This document shows positions 51,003 to 63,544 of a stretch of 64,000 bases of DNA, piece by piece. Position 1 is the first letter of the stretch; every line of letters begins with the position of its first letter. The translations under genes and the position numbers were made by a program. The notes beneath the pieces are model-generated. The model saw only the letters and a program-made list of their open reading frames with translations, did not search any database and was not told the origin of the DNA. The stretch is from Podarcis erhardii (lineage: Eukaryota). Location: the NCBI GenBank assembly GCA_964252035.1, contig OZ176202.1, one strand, 5' to 3'.

Positions 51003-51857
51003 GTAATCATTAAGAGGAAGGACTCAAGTCAGTTGGGAAACCCTTGAGTGGTTGCAGTCCCACCATCGGACAGGGTCACTTATCTTGGAATGCCACTGCG
51101 TAACAGAGCGGGGAAACTGGCTGGCTCCAGTTTATGCTTTAGCTGAGATTCCTGCATTGCAGTTGGTTGGACTAGATGACCCTAGTCATAGACCCAACTC
51201 TATGATTCTGTTTGAGACAGCTGTCATCATAGCTGCTGCTAGAGAAGGGATGGGGACCATCTGTGGTCCTCCAGATGTCACTGGGCCCTAACTCCCATCA
51301 TCCCTGGCCATTGGTCTTGCTGGCTGGGGCTGATGGGAGTTGTAGTTCGCAGAGTTGGAGGGAGCTTTGTAGGCCACCTGTTCCAAACTCCTCCTTGATG
51401 CAGGCAGTCCAGAGCTATGGCTTCCCCAGCAGATGGCTGTGTCCAGTCTCTGCTTGAAGACCTAATCAAGTGCCTGTTAATTATAGAGGAGCCCTTCCTG
51501 ATGTTGGGGCAGGTCTTGGGAGCGACTTCTTTATGCATGATATTTAACAGAAAACGATAGCACATGTATTGGAAGTGATCCGCTGCAGGGATGCTTCACT
51601 TTGTAACTTAAGGGTTAGTTCTGGAGGTGTTGATGTTTCATTTAGGTTTTGTTTTGAAGTATTTTTTATTATGATTTGAGTTTCCACTGAAATGAGGCTG
51701 CATTTTAATGTTTTTATGTTGTATTTTAATCTTGTTTTTTAAGCCATATTTCAATAAATTGTTTTTATATTTGGTGTTAGCCTCCCTGAGCCCGGTCTTG
51801 GCTGGGGAGGGCGGGGTATAAATAAAATTATTATTATTATTACTACTACTACTACTA

Positions 51858-52211
51858 CAGTGGTGCCTCGCAAGACGAATGCCCTGAAAGACGAAAAACT
51901 CGCAAAATGAAAGAGTTTTTCGTTTTTTGAGTTGCTTCGCAAGACGGATTTCCCTATGGGCTTGCTTCGCAAGACGGAAACGTCTTGCAAGTTTGTTTCC
52001 TTTGTCTTGCAAGTTTGTTTCCTTTTTCTTAAAACCGTGCATTCACTTCAAGGAGCAACTCATAGCACGCGGTGTGGTAGCCTTTTTTGAGGTTTTTGAA
52101 GACTTTGGTGATTTTTGAAGCTTTTCCAAAGTCCGTGCTTCGCAAGACGAAAAAATCGCAAGATGAAAAACCTCGCGGAACGAATTCATTTCGTCTTGCG
52201 AGGCACCACTG
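51858..52211. mobile_element. Tigger-like MITE, family C
   Basis: TA|CAGTGGTGCCTCGCAAGACG...CGTCTTGCGAGGCACCACTG|TA, inserted in a (tac)n tract. Confidence 0.88.
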
Positions 52212-52446
52212 TACTACTACTCCTGTAGCTAACATAGGAAAGTGAGGTTGGAGGGTGGAGTGGCTTACTTGGTGCCCTCCAGAAGATGGGACTCCAACTC
52301 CCATCATCCCTGACCCCTGTCCTAACACCAGAAAATATCCTGATCAATCCAGAGATACTCATATTGACACAGGGTGCAAAGGTTCCCCTTTGTTCATCTT
52401 ACTCCTCTTCCCACGTGTCTCCTCTGACTGATCTTTTTGTTCGTAG

Positions 52447-52589
52447 AAATTTGCGGTGATTGTCGAAGGACCTCGTGATGTGAAGCAGCAAGAACTGGTG
52501 TTCATGCAGTTCTACCTCAATGAAACGGACCAGGATTTCAGCGCAATAGACTACCTTCTCTTTTCTTCATTCCAGGATTTCCTCGAGAG
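52447..52589 (+). CDS. PACC1: PACC1 exon 5 (KFAVIVEGPRDVKQQELVFMQFYLNETDQDFSAIDYLLFSSFQDFLE)
   Basis: gtag acceptor, gt donor, 143 nt. Confidence 0.96.
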
Positions 52590-53253
52590 GTACAGCTGCT
52601 CTCCTCATAATTTCTGTTCAGTAAAGAGCAGCGTGGTTCGAGTGTTGGACTAAGGCATCCCTGGTTCAGATCCCCGTTTGCCCGTGAAGTTCACTGGCCA
52701 ATTTCTGCCTCTCAGCCTAACCTACCTCACGTGAGCGGAGAAAAGCAGAGAGAAACATGTGTGAGCCCATGTTCCCTCTCAGTGATTCTTCCCATCCACT
52801 GCTTGCTTTGGAAGGAACTATGGGAGCTGGCTTCACACAGTCATGGGATGAATTTCAGGGGGTCCCCTGTGGTACCTAAAGACCACCAACCCCCTACATT
52901 TCCTGAACGAAAGAAGGGAAGAAACCAATGGGCAACTTTACAGAATAGATTAAAAAGAAGAGCTAGGATTTATTGAGTAAAAGGGGGAGGGAAGGAAACA
53001 AAAGGAACAACTCTGGTGGGTATACAGTGCACAGGTAAGTCTTTAAGCAACCAAGCAGGAAGAGGATGGAGTCCAGTAATTAAGACTTAAGTGATCCACA
53101 GGTGAGCAATCAGTTTCTTCCACTTGCCTCATGAATACCAGAGGCTCTCTGCTTCTGAAGACTGCTGTCCATGCAGATGGAAGGCAATGAACGGGATGGT
53201 GCAAGCATGCTTGTCCCTGCTGACCCCTCCTCATGTCTGTACAGGGCTTAAAA

Positions 53254-53389
53254 CAGGCATGGCCAAACTTGGCCCTCCAGCTGTTTTGGGACTACAATTC
53301 CCATCATCCCTGACCACTGGTCCTGTTAGCTAGGGATGATGCGAGTTGTAGTCCCAAAACAGCTGGAGGGCCAAGTTTGGCCATGCCTG
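53254..53389. mobile_element. 136-bp near-perfect hairpin hAT-like MITE; relatives at ~1680-1811, 2390-2524, 8897-9008, 30790-30905, 51250-51368, 52235-52325
   Basis: caggcatggccaaacttggccctccagctgttttgggactacaattccc...gttgtagtcccaaaacagctggagggccaagtttggccatgcctg. Confidence 0.85.
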
Positions 53390-54490
53390 GCTGAAGTCAA
53401 GCAGGATTGGTCCTCTGTGCTGGGTTGCATGCAAAGATAAATTCATGCCTCTAGGCAACGGAGTAGCATGCGATCCGTATACACAGGCCTTAAACTAGAC
53501 TTTGAGAGTCTCTCTTTGAGGCCCTGCATCTAAGTGAATTCTGTGTAATGGCCTGCTTAGAAGTGTTCCATGTAAATTAGGCTTAGCGTGAATCATACTT
53601 GAGAATCCTGCACTTCCTCTTTTGGGTTCCCCACACAGCGTATTTGGCTGCCTTGGTAACCCACAATTAGCCGGAGAATGTGGAGGCTTCAGAAACTGTA
53701 GTGGGTAAGATTGAATAATTAGGAGGCCCAGCCGAGCCTGGTAATGGAGCAAAAGAAGCTCTGCAAGACAGTCGAGGGGAAGCATTTATATTTCCATCGG
53801 AAGCCTCCTTGAGTCAATAACTTCCATGGAAACTTAAGTGGGAGAGGAAAGGAACCATCTAGCAGTGATATTAATAAAAGCCCTTTCCTGGCTGCGATTC
53901 TTTATTTCTGCTTAGTGCCAACCCCCACCCCTCACACACCCTAAAGCACAAACCTTCTGTTGTCTGCAAGGGTTTGAAAGCCTGTCCTCAAGGGGAAAAA
54001 ATTAAAATCCACATTAGGGCCATCCACCTCCATCTTGAGTGAGTCTCATGACAGAGTGAGGGACAAGGCTGAAGACATTCAGAGGGGAGTGGGAGTAGAG
54101 GCAGGATTGAAAGAAAGGAAAAATGAATGATTTTGGTCCAGAACAGGCACTCATCTATATTAACAATGCATTAAGTCTCCAAGGAATGCACACAATTTTC
54201 ATTGGACCTTTCCTTTAGTGCTAGACTCAGCTAGCCATTTCCCTTCTGGCTCTAATTTTTTGGTCATTCTTCTGCCTTGGGAGGCAGCTGAATATTGACT
54301 GCCAACACTCTCAAGCCATAAGGACTAGAAACGTGCTTTATTCTTAAATGAAGGTGGAGATTCCTCAGGATGCTGAATTCTCTTGGATTCACAACAACTT
54401 ATGGGCTTTGCAAGTATGTGTTCCCTCCCTTGTATCTTTAGCCTGCTGCTTATGCCAACTTAAAGCAGAAATAGTTTAATGATTTCGGTA

Positions 54491-54716
54491 CAGTGGTACC
54501 TCGGGTTAAATACGCTTCAGGTTACAGACTCCGCTAACCCAGAAATAGTACCTCAGGTTAAGAACTTTGCTTCAGGATAAGAACAGAAATCGGGTTCTGG
54601 CTGCGCGGCAGCAGCAGGAGGCCCCATTAGCTAAAGTGGTGCTTCAGGTTAAGAACAGTTTCAGGTTAAGAACTGACCTCCAGAACGAATTAAGTTCTTA
54701 ACCCGAGGTACCACTG
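54491..54716 (-). mobile_element. Tigger-like MITE, family A
   Basis: CAGTGGTACCTC TIRs with a TA TSD. Confidence 0.9.
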
Positions 54717-55317
54717 TATTTCATTTATATCCTGTCTCTCTTCTCCAAGGAGCACAAAGTGGCCGTGCATCCTTTCTCCTGCCCACTTTATCCTCACAAC
54801 AACCCTGTGAGGTAGGTTTTATGCCGAGAGAAAGGTGACTGGCTCAAGGTCATCCAGTGAGCTTCAGTGGTCCCCCAGGTCCTAGTCCAGTCCTCTAACC
54901 ACCACACCACACTGCCTCTCGTACAAAACTGTGTTAAATTAAATATTATTATGTTAAATTTTTCTGAAACAGCCGGCATGATTTCATGCTCACATGAGCT
55001 GCATAAGAAATCCTGTTTGAATTTATAGTCTTCTGGTAATGGTTTCTGCTGTATTGCAACTCCCCTTTGCCAGTGCAATTCCCCGGGGTGCATCAAGTTT
55101 CCTTCCTTTTAAAAAACCATCCTGTTAAAGAACTACAGGCCTTGGGAGAAGAGATTTGCAGGGTGTCTGTGTGTCTCCCTCCTAACCCCTATGCCCAGAC
55201 AAGAGATCTGCCATTGTGTTCCTTCCTGGACACCTTTGCAGGGGCTGATGCTGGGTCTGTGCACAAGGTGCTGTTAAGGAGGAGGTTACCACAGCTTATA
55301 GCTAGGGCTCCCTACAC

Positions 55318-55710
55318 CAGGGGTTGGCAAGGCTTACCGGGCATGGGCAGGATCACTCCCGCGGAGATCCTCTGTGGGCCGGACTGGTGCAGAGTGACAC
55401 CGGAAATCACGTCTGTGCATGCAGCAGTGCCAGAAATCGCTTCTGCGCATGCACAGATGCCAAAATTTGCACCTGCACAGAAGCGTTTTTCGATGTCTGG
55501 GCATGCACAGATGTAATTTCCAGTGTCTGGGCATGCGCAGAAGCGATTTCTGGAGCCGCGGAAGAGAGTCCCTGCACCGCGCTGTGCCGGTTTAGCGGAG
55601 CGCATGGGGACTCGCTGAGCGGGTGGCTCAGTTCGGGGGCAGCTTGTGGGCCAGTTAAACAGCCTCCGTGGGCTGCTTCTGGCCCATGGGCTTTAGGTTG
55701 CCAACCCCTG
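55318..55710. mobile_element. hAT MITE with internal GCGCATGC repeats
   Basis: 13-bp TIR caggggttggcaa/ttgccaacccctg and 8-bp TSD ccctacac/ccctacag. Confidence 0.88.
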
Positions 55711-56584
55711 CCCTACAGCTTTTACAGCATCCAGCCCAAGGAGATTCGTGTGGCAGCAAAGACAGCAAGGACTCTGCAGCCGTTGCTATTTATGAAATAT
55801 GAGCCTCATGCTGCCGGTGACTATGCAGTGGATTATTACCAAGCTGTGGAAAATATATATATGTATCTGTCAGAATGGCTCTTCGTGCGAGTTAGGCTAA
55901 ATGCCTTGGAAGAACACAGAATGGAAAATCGATTTCAGATGTCATGGAAGAGTTGACTGCCGCAACTCTCATCTCCCTGCTGTTGGTGTGCCCATTACGT
56001 TTGTCTGCAAATGTATTTCCAGAGGCTGTTGTAGATGACATTCCATACAGGGGCTGGAATCTAGAGGGAACTCACACCTCATTGGTAGTGGGGAGGGATG
56101 CTGAAGGTCATCTGGGACAACCCTCTGCTCAGTGCAGCATCCCTGACAGATGCTTGTCCAGCCTATGCTACAGTACCTGCAGTGAAGGAGAGCCCAGTAT
56201 CTCTACCTTTTTCATGTTTTGTACCTACGCGCTTCCAAATTTCAGGTGCTCTAGGCCTGGCTGTGGTTATGTAGCCACCAAGGGAAGCCACTCTGCATGT
56301 GTTTCAAGGCATTCTCATTGTGAAATCACATCTCACAGCTGCTAGAGATAAGCCTTCAAAATGTGCCTTTTCAGTTTTATCTGACAAGAAAGCGGTCACT
56401 GTAGAATTCCACTTAAGTGAATTCAAGACTCAAAGAGCGTGTTAGCTAAAAGACTAAGCTACAAGTCATGAAGTATCGAGATCTGCCTTCTGCGTGAACT
56501 CACTGCCTTAGGCAGACTCAGTTTCTCATTCCCACATCTGCAGTATTAGGATAATAGCACTGCCCTACCTTAGGAGGGCTGTTG

Positions 56585-56950
56585 GGATGCGGGTGGCGCT
56601 GTGGTCTAAACTACTGAGCCTCTTGGGCTTGCTGATCAGAAGGTCGGCGGTTCAAATCCTCATGAAGGGCTGAGCTCCCGTTGTTCTGTCCCAGCTCCTG
56701 TCAACCTAGCAGTTCAAAAGCATACCAGTACAAGTAAATAGGTACCGCTGCAGCAGGAAGGTAAACACCATTTCCATGCACCCTGATTTCCATTACGGTG
56801 TTCCGTTGCGCCAGAAGCAGTTTAGCCATGCTGGCCACATGATCTGGAAAGCTGTCTGGACAAATGCCGGCCTAAAAGCAAGATGAGCATTGCAACCCCA
56901 TAGTCGCCTTTGACTGGATTTAACCATCCAGGGGTCCTTCACCTTTTTTT
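56585..56950 (+). mobile_element. Sauria (Squam1) SINE nested in an older MIR-like SINE
   Basis: Consensus-like body. The flanks taccttggagggctgtt and tacctaggaggggtatt form a degenerate TSD. Confidence 0.85.
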
Positions 56951-57179
56951 ACCTAGGAGGGGTATTGTAAGGATAATACGCACCCTGAACACTCAAAAGG
57001 ACTTAATGTTAAGTATAGTTAATTAGGGGGTCTTCTAGCAAAACCGATAACCAAGGCCTATAAAGCCAACACCACCACTTGCTAAATTTCCTCACCACCA
57101 AGGTAACAAGTGGTCCTTACAACAGAACTTGTCGGCTTCTTTTCGTTTCCCAAACTAACACTACCTCCTTCTACCGCAG

Positions 57180-57324
57180 TCCAAACAAGCCAGGCTTTAT
57201 GAAGGCCTGTGAGAGTTCCTACTCCAGCTGGAAGTTTTCCAGTGGTTTCCGAACCTGGGTCAAAATGTCTCTGGTGAAAACGAAAGAAGAAGATGGCCGG
57301 GAGACGGTTGAATTCAGGCAGGAG
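57180..57324 (+). CDS. PACC1: PACC1 exon 6 (SPNKPGFMKACESSYSSWKFSSGFRTWVKMSLVKTKEEDGRETVEFRQE)
   Basis: gcag acceptor, gtaag donor, 145 nt. Confidence 0.97.
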
Positions 57325-58892
57325 GTAAGGAGGCAGCAAAACACAGCTTTCATTGCTGGGGGTGGGGTGTTCACACCACACAGGTTCTCGATTCCGCAAG
57401 CGCTTTCTGCAAGATGTAGTGCCACCTCGTTCTCCTTCTGCTCCCATAAGGGACACGGTGCCAGAGACTAATCAGAGTGACAGAGGATGCAGCTCAGCAT
57501 TTGTGCTTTAGTGACTCTTCATCCTGCACGTTCTCTGTCCTTCTCGTGCACTTCCCACTTCCCAGAGTGTCAAGAAGTTCATGGGCAGCACTTGAGAGAG
57601 CAGATTTTCCTTTTGGATTGTCGTGAGCTCGGGAGATTCCTGGTGCTTTCATAAGAAATCCAAAATCCACAGCCAGGCAAGGATGAGGACTGACCAAGTG
57701 ATCAGAAAATAGCAAGCAGGCTTCACCTAAAACTTTTCCTCAGGAAGGATGTTAACCCAAAGCAGGGAGACAAGGAATGGCAAGGAAAGGAGAGACAAAA
57801 AGCCAGGCTGAGTGCTGTAGCCACAAGCTCTGCATTGCAGATTGATTGAATATAAATAGAGCAGATTGGAAGCAAGCAGGTATTGAACACAAGAAGCACA
57901 CCTGTCAGATACTAAGAGCAAATGTTGCACAGAACTCTTGTTTAAATGTCTTGGCTCTCTTTCTCTTTAAATTCAACATGCAACTGTTCCCTCTTTGCTC
58001 CCTCTGCTTGCTGAAGGCTATGATGTTTCACAAAGATCAGAGAGAGATTCTCAGCCTTTAGGGAAGGTTAGTCTCTCTTGTTAAGCACCTGCCCACCCTT
58101 CCAGTTTAGCAAGGGCAAAGCGACTGGGCATAACTCCTCTCTCCCTCACCACCCGCCACCCCTCAGCTCCTTTGCGCTCAGTGCATTTCCGCCAGTGTCT
58201 TTGCATTAAGTAATGTGTCTGTGAAAAAACAGATGCAGCAGTTCCTGGGTCTCTCTTGCAAACCACAGTCAAAGGCATCCTGAGTGTAGCCAGGGAGCAG
58301 CACATGACAGCAGGCAGGAGTCTTGAGAGTCTTCAGTGATAATCAGTGTTTGGCTTTTGTTTCTCAGCGAACTGTGTGCATGAGTGTGTTATCTCTGTGG
58401 GTGGGGAGAACGGCTGCCCTTGGTCTCCAGGTTGTGGACTTCACTCTGCCCTTAAGAGATTCATCTCTCCCTTTCATAGATGATCTTACAGCACCAGCTC
58501 AAGACCTTGTGTTTTGTTCCATTTGATTTCATGCCCCCCCCCCTTTGTGCTCTGCTGTTGTTTTCTTTTACTCGGTGGTTTGAACGCATTTTCCCCAGGC
58601 GGGGGATGGTGGGTGGTGCAGGTATCGTTTTTATAAGACTTGGGTCACCTTAAGCTCCCGTATTGGAGTAGAAAAGGTAGGGTAACAAAATCCCATAAGT
58701 AAATAGTTACAAGAGGCAGCCATGAATGTCAGGCAATGGTTTCCTTTGTGAGCTGAATGAATCTGTTTTTTAGAATTCCCCACATGCTTCTGTCTTGACT
58801 CTGTAGCATGTTTGGAAAAAGCTACTTGTCCCTTGGAAGAACGTGATAAAATCTTAAATTTCTTTAAAAGTTCTTACATTTCTTAAAAAGTT

Positions 58893-59101
58893 CAGTGGTA
58901 CCTCAGGTTAAGAACTTAATTTGTTCTGGAGGTCCGTTCTTAACCTGAGGTACCACTTTAGTTGATGGGGCCTCCCACTGCTGCTGTGCCGCCGCCGCAC
59001 AATTTCAGTTCTCATCCTGAAGCAAAGTTCTTAACCCAAGGCACTATTTCTGGGTTAGCAGAGTCTGTAACCTGAAGCATCTGTAACCCGAGGTACCACT
59101 G
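58893..59101 (+). mobile_element. Tigger-like MITE, family A, internally deleted
   Basis: CAGTGGTACCTC...GAGGTACCACTG. Confidence 0.85.
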
Positions 59102-59519
59102 AACATGACAAGAGGCAGAGGATGCTAGAAGATAAAGCTATCGATGGCTATCAGTCATAATGGCTACGTTCTGCCTCCTCTGTCAAGTTCTGCTTGCAAG
59201 CTTCCCATGGGCCTCTGCGGATGAAGGGTGGTATTAAAACTTAATAAATCACCATCACCATCACCATCTGGTTGGCCATTGTGAGAAAAGGATGCTGGGC
59301 TAGATGGACCATTTTCCTGACCCAGCAGTGTTCTTCAGTGGCAACTTCAGAGTGTGATTTTGTTCACTCAAGTCTAGCCTCAAAATGGCCCATCAGTTCG
59401 ATATCCTTTGTCTTCTTGGCTTTTGGATTTTTAAGCCTTTAAACTGGGAATATGCATTCTGGAGCAGATTATATGACACACTAACAGCAAGACTCTTTCC
59501 CCCCTTGCCCTGTTGCCAG

Positions 59520-59624
59520 ATCAGCGTGGTAAACTACATTGAACGAAGAGCAAAAGCAAGCGGCGACCAACTCTTCTTTGTTGTATTCGAATGGAAAGAC
59601 CCTTTTATTCAGGAAGTTCAAGAT
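59520..59624 (+). CDS. PACC1: PACC1 exon 7 (ISVVNYIERRAKASGDQLFFVVFEWKDPFIQEVQD)
   Basis: ccag acceptor, gtgagt donor, 105 nt. Confidence 0.97.
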
Positions 59625-61201
59625 GTGAGTAAACTAGATGCAAGGCTTCTGGCTTGTTTCTCTTAAAAAGCCAAACAGAAATGTCCACAACGATTGGAAA
59701 TTGAGTAGATGGCTTTAATTGGGGTTGCTTAAAGAATGTGTGACCAGGAAGGTGGGAATTGGGATGCTGTATGGACTAGTCCCGTTCCCATGACAATGTG
59801 TGCCATAGCCATCTCTCTCCTCTGCTGTCCAAAACTTGACAGGCATGGGAAGGGGCTCTATGGGAGAGCTAGCATGGTGTAATGGTTAAAGTATCAGACT
59901 AGGATCTGGGAGACCTGGGTTCAAATCCCCACTGAGCCAGGAAGCTCACTGCGTGACCTTGGGCCACTCACTGCTTCTCAGCCTAATCTACCTCTTAGGG
60001 TTGTTCATAGAATTATAGAGTTGGAAGGGACCACAAGGGTCACCCAGTCCAACCCCCTGCCCTGCAGGGATCTTTTTCCCAATGGGGGGCTCAAACTCAT
60101 GACCCTGAGATTAAGAGCATCATGCTCTATCCTAGCTTGGCGACTCTCAGCTTTAAAAATATGAGGATCCATTATGGAAGAGGATTGCATTTTGAGGCAA
60201 AATGTGAATGCTCACTACTCACTGCTACCTGCACATTCCAAAACTAGGTTAGGGTAACTTTTCCTTGACGCTAAATGTTATGTATATGTGAGTAATGTCA
60301 TTGCTGTTTTTAATATGGAAGGACCACTGAAACGTGCCACCTTGAACTCCTTGCACGGGGTATAAATGAAATAAATACAGATGTGCCCGAGTATGTGTGT
60401 AGCTCTCCACACAAGCAGGAGCCCCTTGACCAATTAGCAGCCCCTCCCAAATGTGAATGAGCAGATATCTAATTGCATACAGCAGTGGTAAGCATACAGA
60501 TCTTCTGCACATGGCAAGGGAGAAGAACGACCACCACTGGCACTGGGAGTTGGATTAGCCCACACAACTCCATGACCCCCTTTGTGTGTTCCATCAACAC
60601 ACGGGAGGAAGAAAGTAGGCTCTGTTTCATCTCCAGAAGCACCCACACTTGGCGTTGGCTTAGCTTGATGTGCAAACTAGACCTGTATGTAGGCTCCTGC
60701 CTCAATCATTGACGGTGAAGGGACATCCGACAGCAGGCTTGGAAAGACTGCTTGAAGCCTTGGTGCTTTTGGAAAATGTTCTTCAGAGAAACAGCTCTTT
60801 CTGTTTTGCCTCCAGCATTAAGAGGCAGTGTGGCTCTGAATACCAGTTACTGGGGAACAAGAACAAGAGAGAGCTATGAAACACAGTGGCAACTGGATGC
60901 TGGATCAGATAGGTCTTTGATCTGATCTAATCAGCAGGGCTGTTACATTCCTAAGAGGGCAATTTATTCCCAGCCCCTGGACATGGAGGATTGTGCATGG
61001 AGGAAAATGGTGTTGAGTGAGTGCAACTTTTCTCCCTCAGGTGGCTGGGATGCGGTGGGGGAGGCTGAAGCTATGAAGAGCCTTCACTTACAGTAACTAC
61101 AAATCAAAATATTAGTTTAAAAACCTGCAATGAAGGTCAAAAATATATAGCTATGAGGAAGAAAACCTGCATTGTAAACTTACCTCTTTCTCTTTCAATA
61201 G

Positions 61202-61363
61202 ATTGTCACTGCAAATGCTTGGAACATGATTGCAATTCTATGTGGCATTTTCTTGGCTTTGTTCAAAGCAGCTGATTTTGCCAAACTCAGTGTGAAGTGG
61301 ATGATAAAAATCCGGAAGAGGAACCTTCAGAGAAGAACTCAAGCCTTGAACCACATAAGCTGA
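61202..61363 (+). CDS. PACC1: PACC1 exon 8 (TM2 and C-terminus: IVTANAWNMIAILCGIFLALFKAADFAKLSVKWMIKIRKR...NHIS*)
   Basis: atag acceptor, 162 nt, TGA at 61361-61363. Total CDS is 1050 nt (349 aa). Confidence 0.97.
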   Translation: MVTANAWNMIAILCGIFLALFKAADFAKLSVKWMIKIRKRNLQRRTQALNHIS

Positions 61364-63544
61364 GGGCTGAGCGCTACTGAGTTTTCTGTTACACTGGGGA
61401 ACACGGGTGGCCTGAGACTAAACTAGCCTTCAGGTACCTTGGACAGAAAAGCTGCAATGGCAGAAGGACAACTTGCTTAACTGGAGTACAATACACCGGA
61501 CACTTGGAAGTTTCAGAAAACTGTATAAGAAGCTCCTTCTAAATCCATGCTCTTTTCTAGAAACCTGAGCTCCTTTGACTAAGCTCTGAACTTCTAGGAA
61601 GATTCCCAAAACTATATTTAACCCTATTTTAACAGAACTCACAAGAAGGATAGACTGACAGGGCCCTTAGTTTGCAGGGAAACAGAACCGGCCTCTTTTA
61701 AACACATTTCTGCCTATGTTGAAATGGGACGTCTGCCTCAGAGTTAAGATTAGTAAGTCATGTTGCATGCCCAAGGCAGTTTTTGTCTCTTGGGTCTTTA
61801 GTTAATATCTCAGGGGAAAAGACTCCAGCTTTAAGGGCCTACAGGACTTCTGGTTTAAGATATGCTGTCAGTCAGTGGGTGGTACTGTGCTAGAGGAACG
61901 ATTATCTGATTGAATCTTAAGGCAGAGAAATCTCCCAAGCATTGCTCTAGCAGAGAGGCACACCTCAAAGGATGAAAGCATATTACTAGTAAAATTCTGG
62001 GCACTAGTTGTGTATTGGATCAGTGTTAATCTCTTAACTGACTCACACCAAAGTGATGGAAATTAGTATGGTCAACAGTGGCTGACTATATGGTATTAAT
62101 AGCAGTTTCAGCCTTCGGCATTCCCTCCTGAAGGAGTATGAACTCCACAGTGCCTGCCTCTAATCCACATTCAACTTGCAGTAGCTTCAGGAGGACAGAT
62201 AGACTAGATTGGCTTTCACTGAAGTTAGCATTGAAAGGGGCTCTCACCGCAAAACAGAAGCACTGGAATTTTATCAAGCTTTTCTATTGGACTAAAATGT
62301 ATTTGTGTTCTGAAGATTTTTCAGTAAAATTACATCTGTCTCCTACACTTACCTTTTCAAACTATTCTTGTTGGTCCATTAGGCAAGGCCCTCCAACTTT
62401 CAGACCCCTTGTCTTGCCTGCGTGAGAACGGGGTACAGTTCTGCTGTGTGATAGTAATGAGAGTTGTGCGGCTGCAGAAGCAAAACTGCACACTGAAAAG
62501 CTAGTCAATATTAGACTAACATCTTGCCTTCATTGGTTCTACAACAACATGAGCAGAACCTAGCCAGTTAGTCAAAATGCCTAGAGAAGCATTGTTGACT
62601 ATCTCAGTTGCCCACCATCATGAGAAATTCCTAATGGAAAATCTGTGCATATTTACAAACACTGTACACAAGGAGCCACTTCTGGGTTTTACTATTTTAG
62701 TGGTGGGGAGAAGAGTCAGGAAAGAATCCCCTGCGCCAATATACTACCACCTGACCTACCAGTGGCAGCCCAGCAGGTCTTTGGATTTAGCAGTTCCTCC
62801 ACCTCCCTTTCATTTCTTATACCTTGTATTTTATTGTTTTGCTATTTGAAGTCCACAGAAATCAAATTGTGATGCAACAAAGGACAAATCCTGAGCTCAA
62901 AAGCAGATGGAATAAGAAGAGAGAATCCAAATCAGCTTTGGGTAAAGGCAGGGACAGACCTGAAGGGGGCAGTCAAGAGGGAGCATGTTACAGCAAATCG
63001 GTTTAATTGCATGTCAGTGGCTTGGGGGAGGGGGGAATCACAGAACACAGCTTTCCATGTGTATGTATCCCATGCCAAACTGAGAAAGAGATTAGCCAAT
63101 GAAGTGAAAGTGAAACTAAGGATCATATAATGTAGGAGTAGCCTCATTTTGTCACCACAACAATTTCAGTTTGCCATATGGACTGATCCTCCCCTCTCCA
63201 CACAGTTCTGGGGGTCCACAGTTCGGGGAGGGGGTGGCACATGGGGGAGGGGAAAATGCACAAGCAGAAGGTCCTTGCACAAGGCTACCGCTGATGGGAC
63301 TCAGTTGAATCCCACCCTGTGTTCTCTGTACAAAGGCTCATTTAGAACTACACCAGAGACTTATGTACATACATTTCTTTTGCCAACTTCTCTCCTTTTC
63401 AGTTTCACAGCCCATGTTTTGTTCAGTCCTTTCACTATATTTTACATAAATCTGAATACCTTTCTTGAGAGCCCCCCCCAAAAAACAGCACAAGCATCCT
63501 TCTGTCTGGCATGGTAAAACTACAAAGATGGTAATATACAGCAC

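Noticed and set aside
55324-55956. 210-aa ORF with CACTDA-like repeats
   Set aside because: It results from reading through the repetitive interior of the hAT MITE. It has no recognisable domain and lies in a PACC1 intron.
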